DNA from: Rhina ancylostomus
Lineage: Eukaryota
Direction: 5' to 3'
Length of the DNA: 64,000 nt
Assembly: GCA_030265395.1 (NCBI GenBank)
Contig: JARFYF010000074.1
Span: forward strand, 24,575,770 to 24,639,769
Below are positions 13,913 through 27,024 of this stretch, in pieces. Each line of letters opens with the position of its first letter. Within the stretch, counting starts at the first letter, position 1. The notes beneath the pieces are model-generated. The model saw only the letters and a program-made list of their open reading frames with translations, was not told the DNA's origin and ran no database searches. Made by a program: the position numbers and the translations under genes.

Positions 13913-14057
13913 CTGCAGCCTCGGCGTCAGAGGAGTCGCTCGCCGTGTTTTCGAGCCGTTCTCTGCTTTCAGCCGCCCTCAGCAACGGGAAACTGGAAGC
14001 AGCCATGTCACAATGAGCTTGTGGTCTTCCGCTTTCAGCGAGTCGCTCCACATTCAT
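13913..14057 (-). CDS. pitx1: Pitx1 coding exon 1 (MNVERLAESGRPQAHCDMAASSFPLLRAAESRERLENTASDSSDAEAA + 1 nt)
   Basis: Manual translation; resembles the tetrapod Pitx1 N-terminus (M[N/S]LERL..RP..HDM..LENSASESSD). ATG at 14057-14055; 145 nt ending at donor GCAG|GTAATG, phase 1. Too short for the ORF track. Confidence 0.9.
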
Positions 14058-15300
14058 CGCACCTTTAAAAATAGTTCACCGTTCTTTTAGACTGATTCAA
14101 ATCATTGAGAATTTAAATCCACAGGATGAGATCCGAAAGTTCAGTTCAAAGAAATATATATGTTTCCTTCACTGAAACATGATGCCTTTCCAACAGTCAG
14201 GCTGGGTGTTCCAACCTAACATTTCAAGCCTGGTGGATTGTTGGAGAGGCAGCAGCTGGATTTGTAAACTGTGTCGAGCGCAGGAATGACCCGCCTGGAT
14301 AAAGTGGCGGAGCTGTTATAGAACTCCTCCCACTGCCAGAAGATTCCTCCTAGTTTTTGCTGATGAGTCACCACCCACAAAACATCAGAACAGGACTGAA
14401 CTAATCTGGGGAAACAAGATCGCAGCCTTCGCCAAATCACAAGCTTCATCTCTATAGGGTCCGTTAAATAATATCCAGTTGTAAAGCAGTGATTAATAAT
14501 TCGTTATTCAAATGTAGTGGAACGCTGGGTTGTCAATAATTGCAGTTAAAATTTAGAGAGTGTGCAATAAATACCCAGAGTATTAAATCTTTCGGCTCTT
14601 TTTTTTTGCAATTATATACTGCACTCGAAACTATTGCACAGTGAAATATAATAAAAAATATATCATTCTAGAATTTCAGTCAAGGAATAATCCAGGCTTC
14701 CCACAGTCGATGATCTTTTAATCTGTTTGCAAAACAAAATTCAAATACTGAACAAATTCAGCATATACTTGATAGGGATTGAGTGGGGGTTATCTTCAGC
14801 ATTTTGTTCACGTCATCGCTTACTGTTGTCATATGGCATCTTCCTCGCTGCCCTTCTGAAACAACGGTGACATCAAAACCTCCCATTCGCTGGATTTATA
14901 TTTCAGTAACCTTTTGCAGAGGCAGTACGATAAGATCCCTGGCTCAATGTAGTGAACCAACCGTGGTTCAATAAAATTACGCAATCATNNNATCTTTCTA
15001 TTGTTCAATTCGTTTAATTTCCCCTTTATGGGCGCTGATGAATTCAGGCATCTAAAGTAAATCTAAATGCGCTGGGCGGCTACAGAGTAAATCAAAGTGC
15101 TTCAAGGTGAGTTTGGACAGGGACAAGATACACGGTAGCGTCTGCCGAGTAAGGGAGTTGGCAGTGCGGACTAAATTCTAGTTACCGAGACAGAGGAATT
15201 AGCCAAAAAGTAATCCCTGCTCTGCAGCTGAATATACTTATGACTTCATATGTGTGAAAATATGATTTACGTTCCCACAAACTTCGGGACCACATGTGTT
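14058..15300 (-). promoter_or_regulatory. Pitx1 5'UTR and proximal promoter region
   Basis: Repeat-free, CpG-retaining sequence directly upstream of the ATG; contains TGAGTCA (AP-1-like, about 14364-14370). TSS cannot be located from sequence alone. Confidence 0.55.
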
Positions 15301-16934
15301 ACATAGGCACATAAAGACTCCAGGCAGGGCATAACGTATTCATTATCATATTTTTCCTCTGCGTCTATTAGACAAATATATTCAAAATGCTTCCATTGTA
15401 GGATTTTATTTTACTTATTAAACTAAATTAATTTACTAAATTATTGCCACTTGTGGGATAAAGAAGTGGCTTAGCCACAGTGCACTGTACTAGAATCAGC
15501 GTGATTTAAGTAGGCAGCTATAATGATAGTGATATGGGTTCAATTTATTCAACTGAGAAAGGTTTAAATGTATTTATTTTGGATCGTTCTAGTTAGTTCT
15601 TTTGCGAGAGGGATCCAGTGAACGGGGATTTGGGAGAAGACAAGAAAAGTGTCAGAAAATGGCTGGAATCCTGCAATTCACAACTGATATCTGAAAGTAT
15701 TTCACAAATAGTTCAAATGGCACCATGAATCGCACGAACAAAGCAGGAGAGCCGACTGTAAAGTCATTTGAACTTTGTGTTGTATTGCAACCAAAAGCAT
15801 GACATTTTCCTACATCTGTTGCGTAAGCCATTTGTAGTCTTGGGGTTATTTGTAGTTTAAATTTCACGTCTTGCTTTGCAACCATGCTGTAAGAGTGTGG
15901 TGAAACAGCTTTGAAATCATTATTTCATTTGTTTTCATTGCGTTCACATAAGTTGTATCGCCGAAGTGTAATGTAAAACTGGACCTAACATTTCATCGTT
16001 ACAATACAGTAATATCTGATTGACCAACTGATCACCTAACCTCACAGTGCAAATAATTTACTAGACTCTGCCAACACAATTTTAAATGGAATATTTAATT
16101 TACATATGTTCAGCATTTCTAAGGAATTTTCTGAATTGACAGTTTGAATGAGTTAGTAGGCATTTATTTTATTTCATTTAGCTACCTGGCTGTACAAGAT
16201 AAGATCAATATCACTGCCATCACTTAGAATATCAGTCAGTGGGTAATTCAGGAACAAACCAATGAGGAGCTGTCAGGGTGTTGGATATTTGGAATCATAA
16301 CTTGGATTCAGTGGGTGCTTCCTTGGTTGCATTTATTTCTTTAAAGAGTGGGTCATTTCAACAGTTTCATAAATGTAACCCCATTAGCAGTATGTTTAAT
16401 TCTGGAGTTATGATTAATAATATTACTGCAGTTAACATAATTTTGCAAAACTTTATATTACTATGGTCCGTTTCTGAATAACTACAATTAGGATTTCATT
16501 AAATTGAATTCAAGAATATGAATTGTACCTACTTATTTATCACTAAGTAACTTCTGTTATTTAGTTCTGAAATTACACAACATTCTGTGGCATTATTGAA
16601 TTTTAAGGATCATATATCATAATCCATGGATTATTTTATGGGGTTCTTTTGCAGTGGATGAATATAATATGTTTCATTGTCTTCATACATGAGTGACTTG
16701 TATTTTAGCATTGATTATCAATTTCATTGATTTGCACAAGAGTGGCGAAGATTGTCAGAGCATTTTTTACTAAGATAATGCCATCATAAATAAAATGTGA
16801 TCAGTGTAGAAAGATCAGATTACTTCACTAGTGATAAAAATATTTCTATCCATTATTAATGCTGAATACAAAATTAAAATTTGAACAAATATATATTTGG
16901 GAATGAGTGCCTCACTCAAATTTGCTTGTGTCAC

Positions 16935-17190
16935 ATTTGGCTCAGTTGTAGTATTCTCAGCTCTGTGTTAAATTCCACTCTAGAATTCAAATAAATAATT
17001 CAAAGTGGGCTGTGGATTGCTGGAGATAATGTCTTTCAGATGAGATGTTGAACCAAGGTCTTGTATGCCTTCTCATTTGGTGTAAGAGATCCCAAAACTC
17101 CTTTTGAAAAAGATTAGGGAATTTTCCATGATTTCCTGAGCAAACTTTATCCCTCTACAAACAACCTCTGATGTTAAATTGGCCAATATT
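16935..17190 (+). mobile_element. Deu-domain SINE (SacSINE1/AmnSINE1-like), decayed
   Basis: GTCTTTCAGATGAGATGTTGAACCAAGG...GTAAGAGATCCCA...TTTATCCCTC resembles the recalled Deu core; tRNA-like head TTGGCTCAGTTG. Confidence 0.7.
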
Positions 17191-17329
17191 TTACTTTTTT
17201 TGTACTCCATCAGTTTTAAAACAGTTTGAAGAGTTGTCAGACGATAAAAGTGGATACATATACACATGTTCTTTTTTTTCTGAATAATTATATTTTACTT
17301 TGACGCAGCCTGAGTAAAGAAGAATTGAG

Positions 17330-17800
17330 GGCTGTTAGCTAATTATAAATTCTGCTTCCTGTAGCATAACTTGCACTATCTTGTTTATCCATCTCCCAAG
17401 TATTTGCTGATTTCCAGTGATTCCTAATTAAACATGTCCTTGTTTTTAAACTCCATTTTCACAGTTAAAAATCACTCCATGGGCTTGTCTCTCACTAACA
17501 CTTCATCCTCTAGTCCTATTCTGAACTATCTGCATTCCTCTAATTCTGATTTCTTGTTTAACCCTAAATGTAGATGCTACAACATTAGCTGTTGTGTCTT
17601 CTGCTGCCGAAGCCCCAAACTCTGATTTTTTAAAAAAATTTCTCTTTCCTCCTTTAAGTATCTCCTGAAAACCCATCTCTTTGACCAGTTCAACTGCATT
17701 AACTCTCAGTGTGGTTTATTCTTAAATTCTATTTGGTCGTGCTCCTGTGAAGTGATATAGCTTGTTTTTCTACTTACAGGTAAGTCCAGGTTGCTGATTT
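17330..17800 (+). mobile_element. L2-type LINE 3' fragment
   Basis: CTCCTTTAAG..CTCCTGAAAACCCATCTCTTTGACCA and GCTCCTGTGAAG tail; related fragments at about 19590-19700 and 23690-23885. Confidence 0.6.
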
Positions 17801-20800
17801 ATTACAGCTGGAGATAATTTTATTATAATTATAGTTAAAAATGCTTTAGATAAATCAAGTATCAAATAAAAAGTTCTGTGAGGAAATGGATACGTGCCCT
17901 GTAGAAGACGAGATCTGCACAAGAAATTGGAATTCTATGAGCCATCTGCTGGGGATCAACAATGAAAGCATTCTGTGTACAATACTCAAATGAATTTTAA
18001 TTGGCAGTAGAAATATAACTTGTGAAGAAGATTGTTACCAGAGTGTTGTAAATTGTACAAGCAAATCTAACAAACATTAAAACACTTAGGGAAAATTAAT
18101 CTAGCTGAATGAATCATATTGCACTGTCATCTGGCGCTGCACAGAATGAGAATGATTGACAGTGAAGGCACAATAGTAACATGGAATCAGAATGCTCAGG
18201 GCTTTCAGATTAAATAATGATTTTCAGAAGTTAATTTTAATAAGTAGAAATGGACAACACTAAAACTATAGTGGTAGTATTATGACCTTGAACAAATTGT
18301 AGTCACTGCATATTGTGTATATTGTATGTAAAGGTAATTTTACACATGGATTCCTACTTTATATCAAAAGTAATGAAAAGATTAACACCAATTTAATGAA
18401 AATAATTGGCACTTTATCAATATTAATTCAATATGTATGTCGGACATCATTATTTTTAAAATCACATGTAACACAAATTAAACGATAGCACTGGTGAGGC
18501 ATTAAATTAGACGTGAAATTAACTGATTTAATACAGAGTGCAGCCATTAGATATATCATGGATAAGATTCATACAGCTTAATAAAACACATTGCAATGTA
18601 AATTATTTAGATATTTATGATTAAATATTCAAATTGCTTTGCTTTAGTATATCAGTTGGAGCTGCAATATTGCAAGTACACCAGTTGCAAAATCTTTCAC
18701 AAATCTACAGCAATTCTTTCTTCTATAAATTGGCACTAAGGACATGACAAACATCAGCTAATGTATTAGTTAATGGATTTTTGCAAATGTCACACCACTT
18801 GACCCACAAGGGATTACATAAATGGTGCTTAAGACAAATTGATTTAAGAAAGGGCTATTAACATAACAACATGAAGAACTGAGTAGAATCCCTTAGAAAA
18901 ATAAATAACAGATAGCAAGGTGTGATTTCAGGCTGTAATTAATCATTATTAAAATTACATTCACAAACCATGAAAGGCCTTTAATAATCCATTTGTTCAC
19001 TTTAATTAAATCTCATAATTTGCTCCCTTCTATCAGTTTTTTGATATAACAATTCAAGCACCAAATATTCATAGTGACTGCGAGTTTACTTATCCAATGA
19101 ACACAACATAATTGAGAAGTTGGTTGGTAACGAAAAATCAAATAAATTTTATATTTTGTAAAATTATATTCTGTGGCATGAAATATCTAAGGGACTGAAT
19201 AGAAATATCATCACCAATAACTCCAGTACTGCCTGATGATGTTTTATACTATTAGCATCCCATGGAAATAATACAAACAAAACTGGTATACAAAGGGTAT
19301 CTAACTCAATGAAAGCTGTGGCAAATTAAGCAGAGACAAGATTAAGAGTGTTTTAAAAAGAACTTCACTCATCAAGGAGAAAGATAATAAAGTAGCAGAA
19401 CAGAATAAAGGCCTTTTCATATTCATAATGGTATGAGTGTTTTAAATAAAACTTTTATCTACATACAATACAATAAGGACATTTATTCCAGAAAAAAAAC
19501 ATTTTATAGCCTTGAAAATATCTAACATCTTGCTCAATCCTGAATTTCATCACTACACCACAAATGACTACACATTCAGCTACCAAAGCCCAAACTCTGA
19601 AATACTTTTACTTCTCTTTCCTCCTTGAAGATTCTCCTGGATGCTATCTCTTTGACCGAGGTTTTGGCGAACTGCACTAATTTTGCTTGATGTGCTTCCT
19701 TGTCAAATTCTATTTATAGCCTTGCAAATAACTATAATCCTTGAACCTCCTTTTATCATCCTTTTCCACACTGTTCAAAGCTGCCATATTTTTATTTTTA
19801 TTCTAAAATGGATTGTCCTTATGGATTTCCTGAGAGATTTTGCAATAATTACAAAATTATACATAGGCTTATGCCTTAGATTAATGGCCACAAGGATATG
19901 AATTGTGTTATATAGATTTAATTAGATCAAATTTTATGCAGCATTAAAAGGCAATGAGTCATCCTTTATGTACAGAGATGTATAAATGACCAAGAGATTC
20001 TTTCACCACTCTGGAGTGAAACTCAGATTCTGGAAGTAAAACAAGATTGTTCAAAAGCTCACAATGAATCCAACCGTGACAATGTCACTTTAATTTATGT
20101 TTGTTCCTTTCCCTAATAAATATAATTAACCATATCTATATTAACAAAATATAGATATTTTTAAATTAACAAATTTAAAAATTAAATTAACAAAATGCAA
20201 AATACTGTGCTGTAGGATGATTATTAATAATGCAACTGTTGCATTTATCTTTCTTTGAATGGCTGAGCTCAATTTAGTATTATAGAAAGCATGAATTATT
20301 GCACACTTTCTCAAGAAAATGATCATTACGTTCATTACATTACTAAGGGAGTGAAACATTTGAAACGGATTTACTACCTTCCCACAAATTTTCCACATCA
20401 TATCTTCATGGCGACAGTTCATGCTAAAGTACAGCCTCAAAAGGCAAAAACGTTGTTCCAGTATCTCACCAAAGTGAGCCCAGTCAGTAATAACGATTTA
20501 ACTGATGATTTAATTAATCCCTAGGCAGAGATCAATAAATAATGCTTAAAAAACATTCAGTTTAGTGCATAGGCGAAGCTATTTGTCTGTATAGGTTGTT
20601 TGATGAAAGAATCTAAACCCATGTGACATATTGTATTCATCTCATTGTTTGCTATATTTTGCTTCAAACATGTATCCGACTTTCCCGTTAAAAATACAAT
20701 GATTTTGTCTCTACTATTCGGCAGCAAATCATTCCACGTTCATATTGCGTAAAGGAGTATAATTTAATATGTCTCCTCGTTCTGAATAACTGTGGGAGGT

Positions 20801-23689
20801 GGCCCACAATTATCTACTCAGGTTGGTAAGTGTGGGTACTGAATGCAGTCTTTCCATGGTTACCTAAAAATTGGGAACAAATAAATGAAAAGAAAATGAT
20901 TGACACATATCACCGTCTCCTGAACCAAAGGAGTTAGCTTTTTACTCAAAGCTATTCAAAACTTCCACGAGAAGCCAGCACGTTGGTCAGATCTCCCCTG
21001 TTCAATAACACTAAGGCCGTGACCCAGCATCATCCTAGCCGAGGTCATTGCGTTTTGGACAGATTAGGAGACTTGGGATCTTCTTGGTATCCACGGCTCA
21101 GTGTCCTAGCATGAATAACATCTATTGCACGAATCTCCGGATTGGTAGCGTTATACATTCATTTCGACGTACATGATTTTAAGGAATCTGATCCCTGCTG
21201 TTTGGACATATTAAGTCGTTTCAAAGTAATTTAAATTTACGCAACAGTATTTCAACCAATGAACGTTTATAAACAAGCACAGTAAATTGTCATATNNNNN
21301 NNNAGAGCTGAAAAATAATGGTTGCTTTCTCGTTATTGTGCTGGTTTTGATTAATTCAGGGTTCTTACTTTTAGATATATTTTGGTATTTGTCATAAAAC
21401 AGCTTCAGACCCAGATGGTTTTTAATCTATAACTGTTGATCCCAGGTGCCTGCCTCTGGTCACGTGACCACCCTCAAAACCTTCCTGTGCACGTTCCACT
21501 CTCCCACGCTGCGAGGAAACGGCAGTACTTTTTTAATCAAATAGAAATAGTTGAAAACAGGGACTGGGGGTTGGAGGGGAAGGGCTGCAGTGCGTTACTG
21601 AAAAGCATGAAGAATTCAAACTCGGTGTACAAAGCAATGCAAATCAAGAAATCACAATTGCATTATTAAAAAAAAATCCGTGTGTTGAAACCTGAAAGGC
21701 AATCGCATACAATGTTTAGAATCTGAATCGTGCAAGGTTCTGCAGAAAATGGTGACGTTTTCCCAATTGAACTGGAAACCGTGCTTCAAACATCTGCAGG
21801 AATTTTAAATGTAAAACAGTGAACTCCATTAAGGATACGTTTTTGCCAACAAAATATCCTGTAACCTCTTGATATTTTGCTAATGTAGGTCCTTCACTGA
21901 TATGAAAGAAATCGCCTCTTAAAGAAAATACGTTGACGTTAGCTCTTCAGTTTTCTATGCAATAAGCTTCAAGGAAACAGATACTATTGTTTGTACCAGA
22001 TTTTGTATTTACTTGAATAAAATTTCAAAATGCTCAACAAATATTTACTTAGCCGCAACGGTTGTGCATAAATCGGGATTACGCCGGGATAAAGATACAT
22101 AGGGATCTAAGGTAACACTATCCTTGCACCCCTCTCAGTCTAATCCACCGTTCAGATCAGATCGAAGATTTTTAACAAAACCTAAAAGTTTGTCAGCGAG
22201 AGGTCCAACATTGATTCTCCAAACATAAAATCAAGGCGGAGATGGAAGTTCAACACGGGTAATTGATAATTCCGCCTAGATTAAAAGGATCGGGATTTAA
22301 AAGTTACATTATTGGGAATTAATTGAATGCAATGCACCTGGATTGGAAGTTAGGGTCCCAGGGGGGCGATCATGTAATTTGTCTACCCAATCTTTAGAAA
22401 ATAAGGCTCCCACAGGTATTTTACTCTGCCTTTTTGTTTGGCTTTTATTTACCCTTTTCTCCTTAATGCGGCGTTTTGAAAGATGAATCTAATTATATCG
22501 AATCTTCCCCCTGATGGAATCACAACACATTTCCTTTAAACATAAAGTTGATGCCTTTTCCACTACTGACCGATTGATCGTGATAGACCAACCTCTAACC
22601 TAGGCGGCTCGGCGGAAAAAAAGGACAAGAGGTGATACAACACACCTTAAAAAAAATGGAACTTTGTAGATAATTTGGTTTGAAAAGGAGAACAGATATC
22701 CATTTGTTTTTTTTAAGAATCAAAGCAGTTTAATTAATAGTCAGCATATGTTTGTTGGGCTTTCCGCAGAACACAACACGCATTTTGCAAACCCACTGCT
22801 TTACGATGATATTTGACCCTTCGGCTTGGAAACGCAGGGAGTCAAATTAGTCCAAATCCCTAAATTGGGTCTCAAACGGCGAAATAAGCAAATGAGTAAA
22901 TTATGTAGTAATTTTCTTGTCAGAGTTGTGGAGAGGTTGTTTTCCTGCTATTTTCTTCGATCTTGCGGCGATCGCGATAAACAGGGCCGTATGCTCGCGG
23001 CTCTCATTTACTGCACTTTAATTACAGCCCAACTGTTTGCTATCGTTACAAGGATATCAGGCGAAGGGAGCGAGGGCATTGCCGCTTGACTGTTGGGAAA
23101 TTTGATACCCATTTTACAAAACAAAATCCCGATTAGGATCTTTTCTCCCCCTATTGTATCCTGGTGTAAGAATGGTTAGGGCTTAGTAAAGCGACGCAGC
23201 ATTACCACTACAATGAGGATCAAGCGTAGTCACCAAGTGAAAGTTATGTTTGGTTGCAATATCTGTACGGGCTGGCCAAAAGTAATCCTTCCATTTTCGT
23301 GCTGCTGTTGAGTCGGTTCACACGTGATGGTGCAATATCGGGAAACACGAAGTCCATTATTGCCAGCCTTGCAAACGGTACACGTGGTAAGTTCGCGTCA
23401 GGTCAACCTTTGGGGAAGTTTCAATTGATGTGTCGGAATCAGTACAAAATTATTAAGGACAATACCAATTATTCTCGTTTCAGTTATTAAGAAGCGGCGT
23501 GCTATGGAATATTACATTTGATAGACTGGAAGAACCCGGCAGAATTTCAAAGAGTAATTCCGCTTCGAGCACCAGCGCTCGGATGTTACTCTGTTCAAAC
23601 TACAATTGAGATCATCGTGATCAACCTGGAGATTGGTCTCCCCTTTACCCGTTGACAGCTCTGTGTATCCAGTTGGTTAGACTCTAAGC

Positions 23690-23885
23690 TCTAAATTTTC
23701 CTCCCAAAAGCCATTCTCTCTCTCTGTCTTTAAGCTGCTTCTTAAACTTGCCGCTTTGTCAAAGATTTTGGTTATTTGTCTCGGACCTCCTTTGTGGCCC
23801 TATTTAACCGCTGATCGACAACCGTCCTGTGGTGCGCCTTGTCTTCACGGTGTTAAACCCAATATGTAAATATAAATTGTTATTG
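23690..23885 (+). mobile_element. L2-type 3' tail fragment
   Basis: CTTTAAGCTGCTTCTTAAAC..CTTTG..AAG.TTTTGGT...CCTGTGGTGCGCCTTG...ATGTAAATATAAATTGTTATTG; similar to 17640-17800. Confidence 0.6.
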
Positions 23886-24509
23886 TATACTGTGTGCAAT
23901 ATTTCATTTAAACACGTTCATTTTGGTGCATCACTTACACAGTTTGAACCCTAACCTGACAGATTTTCTTGGACTCAGATCTGTAAATCTATAAAATGGG
24001 GATAGTGCAGGAGAAAAGAAGACCCTATGTTTCATCAACCCCTTACATTCCAGGTCAACTGTTTCTGTTCCTCATGGGAAATCCATATACTGTAGTTACT
24101 TGTAACTGATATTTTTAACCTGCAGTGGAGAATCTAATCAAATCCAAGGTACCTAGTAGTTGTTTAGTTTGCAAACATTTTGGTTACTCTTAATTTGTTT
24201 TCATGTTAAATAGTCTGTAAGTTACATTTGCCTTAGATATGTGACAGTTTCAGGTTTCATGGAGGTAAACTAATGTCCATTTCATTTAGCTTATGGAATT
24301 GAAAGCAAGTAAGGAGATTGTCTGAGTGGTCAGATATAATGATTTGGGATAATGGGCAGGTACTCTTGTTGGTAGAACCTGATAAGTCCCCAGCAGGAAT
24401 ATTTTTGGATGATCTAAGGTTCACTGCATTTAATGATAACATTTCCACTTTTTCCTTCATCCAGAAATAGTTTGCATCGTTAGTGGAGATAGAAGTACAA
24501 CATTGCAAA

Positions 24510-25200
24510 AAGATATTAACAGATCAAACAAACAGTCAAAATTGTGGCAAGTAGATTTAAGTGTGGGCAAATGTGGATCTAAAGACAACAGAAAATTGGA
24601 GTTTCTGAATTGTGAAAAGTTAGAAAAATGAATATCAAAGAGACTTTGGGTTCTCTTGAAATATCATGACAAATTAGATTAAAAAAATCACGAAAGTTGA
24701 TGGAATCCTGGCCTTCTTATCTAAAAGATGTAACTACAAAGTGATGTAACTACAGATGTAAAGCAATGGATACATCATATTCTGAACACTGTGAATAATG
24801 GGCCTGACACTTAAAATGGCACTGGGTTGTAGAGTGTAGGTTTATCAGAATGACCCCTGAAGTCCAAGATATTAATTACAAGAAGACATTACACAAATGA
24901 GGGACATATCATTGGGAATCAAAAAATAGAATTGATTGAAGTTTACAAGCTATTAAAGGAAACTGACAGAACAGACTGGAATGGCTTCAGCTGATTGGGG
25001 TGTCTCAGACTTGGGGGGGGCATAATTTAAAAATTATCATTAGGTCTTTTAAGAGTGATCATCATACTTGGAAACCTTTGCCTCAAATGATGGTTGGCAC
25101 TGGATCAGTTTTTAACCTTAATTCTGAGACTAATGGATTTTTATTGATAAACAGTACTGAGGGATATAGGGCAATGGCAAGTATAATAAGTTAAATAACA
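24510..25200 (+). mobile_element. Old CR1 LINE fragment
   Basis: Degenerate CR1 ORF2 end (TTGATTGAAGTTTACAAG.TATTAAAGG; GGGGCATAATTTAAAAATTA). Confidence 0.6.
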
Positions 25201-26981
25201 TAATCTTATTTAATGTCAGCAGGACAAATTGTTCCCATCTGTATCTCAATAAAAAAAATGAAGAATTCATGAAGTGGCAATAATTTGAGCCATTTACTTT
25301 CTTTGATCTTTTACTTTTAAATCATATTTTGAATTCCAGTACATTCTTGCTTTTAGAGTTTAATTCTATCTCTCACTTTCTTGAGCGTACTAATGACCTC
25401 AGTGCTGTAGGAACTACACAAAGACTTAAGTAAATATTATAATCCCACTTATTGTCTTTTGTTAACAAGAGACAAGCAAGTGGGATTTGGTGATTAACTT
25501 TAAAAGTAATATGCTGGGGTAATAACATTATTACATTCTATGCATGGCTTTCAGCACAATTGTCCATGTATGGGGCACAATGAACATGCACACAACAGAC
25601 CAGTCCTTTGTGAATGTAAGATTTTTGCTACGATTTTCAAATAGTTATTGCCCTGTGGTTAGAAACTTTGCAGTATGTTTTCTTCTATCAAATTTAGAAA
25701 AAGGAACCTGCTGAATAGTTTATCATTTGTTAGACTCGAAGGTCACAGGAACAGAAAAAATGTAGGGAAAGGGCATTCGATTACTTTCAGTGCGATACAC
25801 CTGAGTTTCATAGAAAACAAGACATACTTGACATCCTTTGCCTGGAGTACTGACAAAGTAGTATGCAACTAGTCTCAAATATGTTCCTTGCAAATATTAG
25901 TCCCATTTCACTTCTTAATCTTATTATTTATATCAAGAATGATCTTAAGCACAGATATCATTAGGCATTGGGATCTATTAAACAGATTTAAATTATTCCT
26001 GTATAACAAAAGTTTGTAATGTGACTTTTGGTATCAATCTATGGATTAAAAATTCTTTGGGTTCACATTTTTGCTCATGTAAGTCTTTACTCCTGCATGT
26101 TATTACAGCTGGAAAGAATGTCACAAATAAAACTCTGCAATTTATCTCTAATTGTTAATTATCTTTATCCTATTGAAGTTCGACAATTTATTAAGATCCA
26201 AATGCAATGAGATAGAAAGTTGCCATTCCTACACACATCATCCTTTCCTACTTGTCAGCCTCATTCATGTGTAAATTTGTTGTCTCCACAGATTCTTCAT
26301 ATCTCACACCATGAGGGAGACTTTTGATGAATTTATTGGTGATGGATATGCTGCACTGGATGTTGTCTGAGCAGGTTACCCAGTGGCCACACCTGGTGAC
26401 AGAGCTATTGTTCTATGATACACATATATGCCACAATACAATATTTAAATACTGTCCAGGTAAAAGCTTGTTCCTAATACCTCAAAATATCCCCCAAAAA
26501 ACACAGGCTGATAAAAGGATTGAGGAAATTAACACATTATATATCTGGGTGTGCATGTTTTTTTTACATATTTGGATGCACTCCTCAAAATTGGTACAGT
26601 GTGGGAGGAGGGGTAGAAGTACTTTGTCTCCTTTTGTCCCAAAGTTAATATAATTGAGTGTGCCAAATGTATATATTGAGCTTCCTTCAGTTCTAAACTC
26701 TGATCTGACTGTTCAGATTAGGGATGATGTTGGCTGCTTTCAAAGGGCTAAGATTTCTTTGCACAGCATGACTTACAATGATTCTACTGAAAACATTACA
26801 TCAATATTTAGTCACTTTCTCTATCTTTGGATATAATGGCATGTCTTCTCAGAAGAATTGTTTTTTTGATGTCCCAATTGAAAAATACTATAGGGATATT
26901 GACTAGAAAAGCAATAGGTTTATTGGGTTCTTGTAACTACAAATTTATTTTGATATAAATTTAACACTAAATTGACAATAT

Positions 26982-26987
<6 letters not shown>

Positions 26988-27022
<35 letters not shown>
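26988..27022. repeat. (AG)n microsatellite
   Basis: Directly visible. Confidence 0.95.

Positions 27023-27024
<2 letters not shown>

Noticed and set aside
14440-14475. Possible minus-strand acceptor (TTTAACGGACCCTATAG|AGATG) for upstream exons
   Set aside because: Weak pyrimidine tract; cannot be told apart from core promoter sequence without transcript data.
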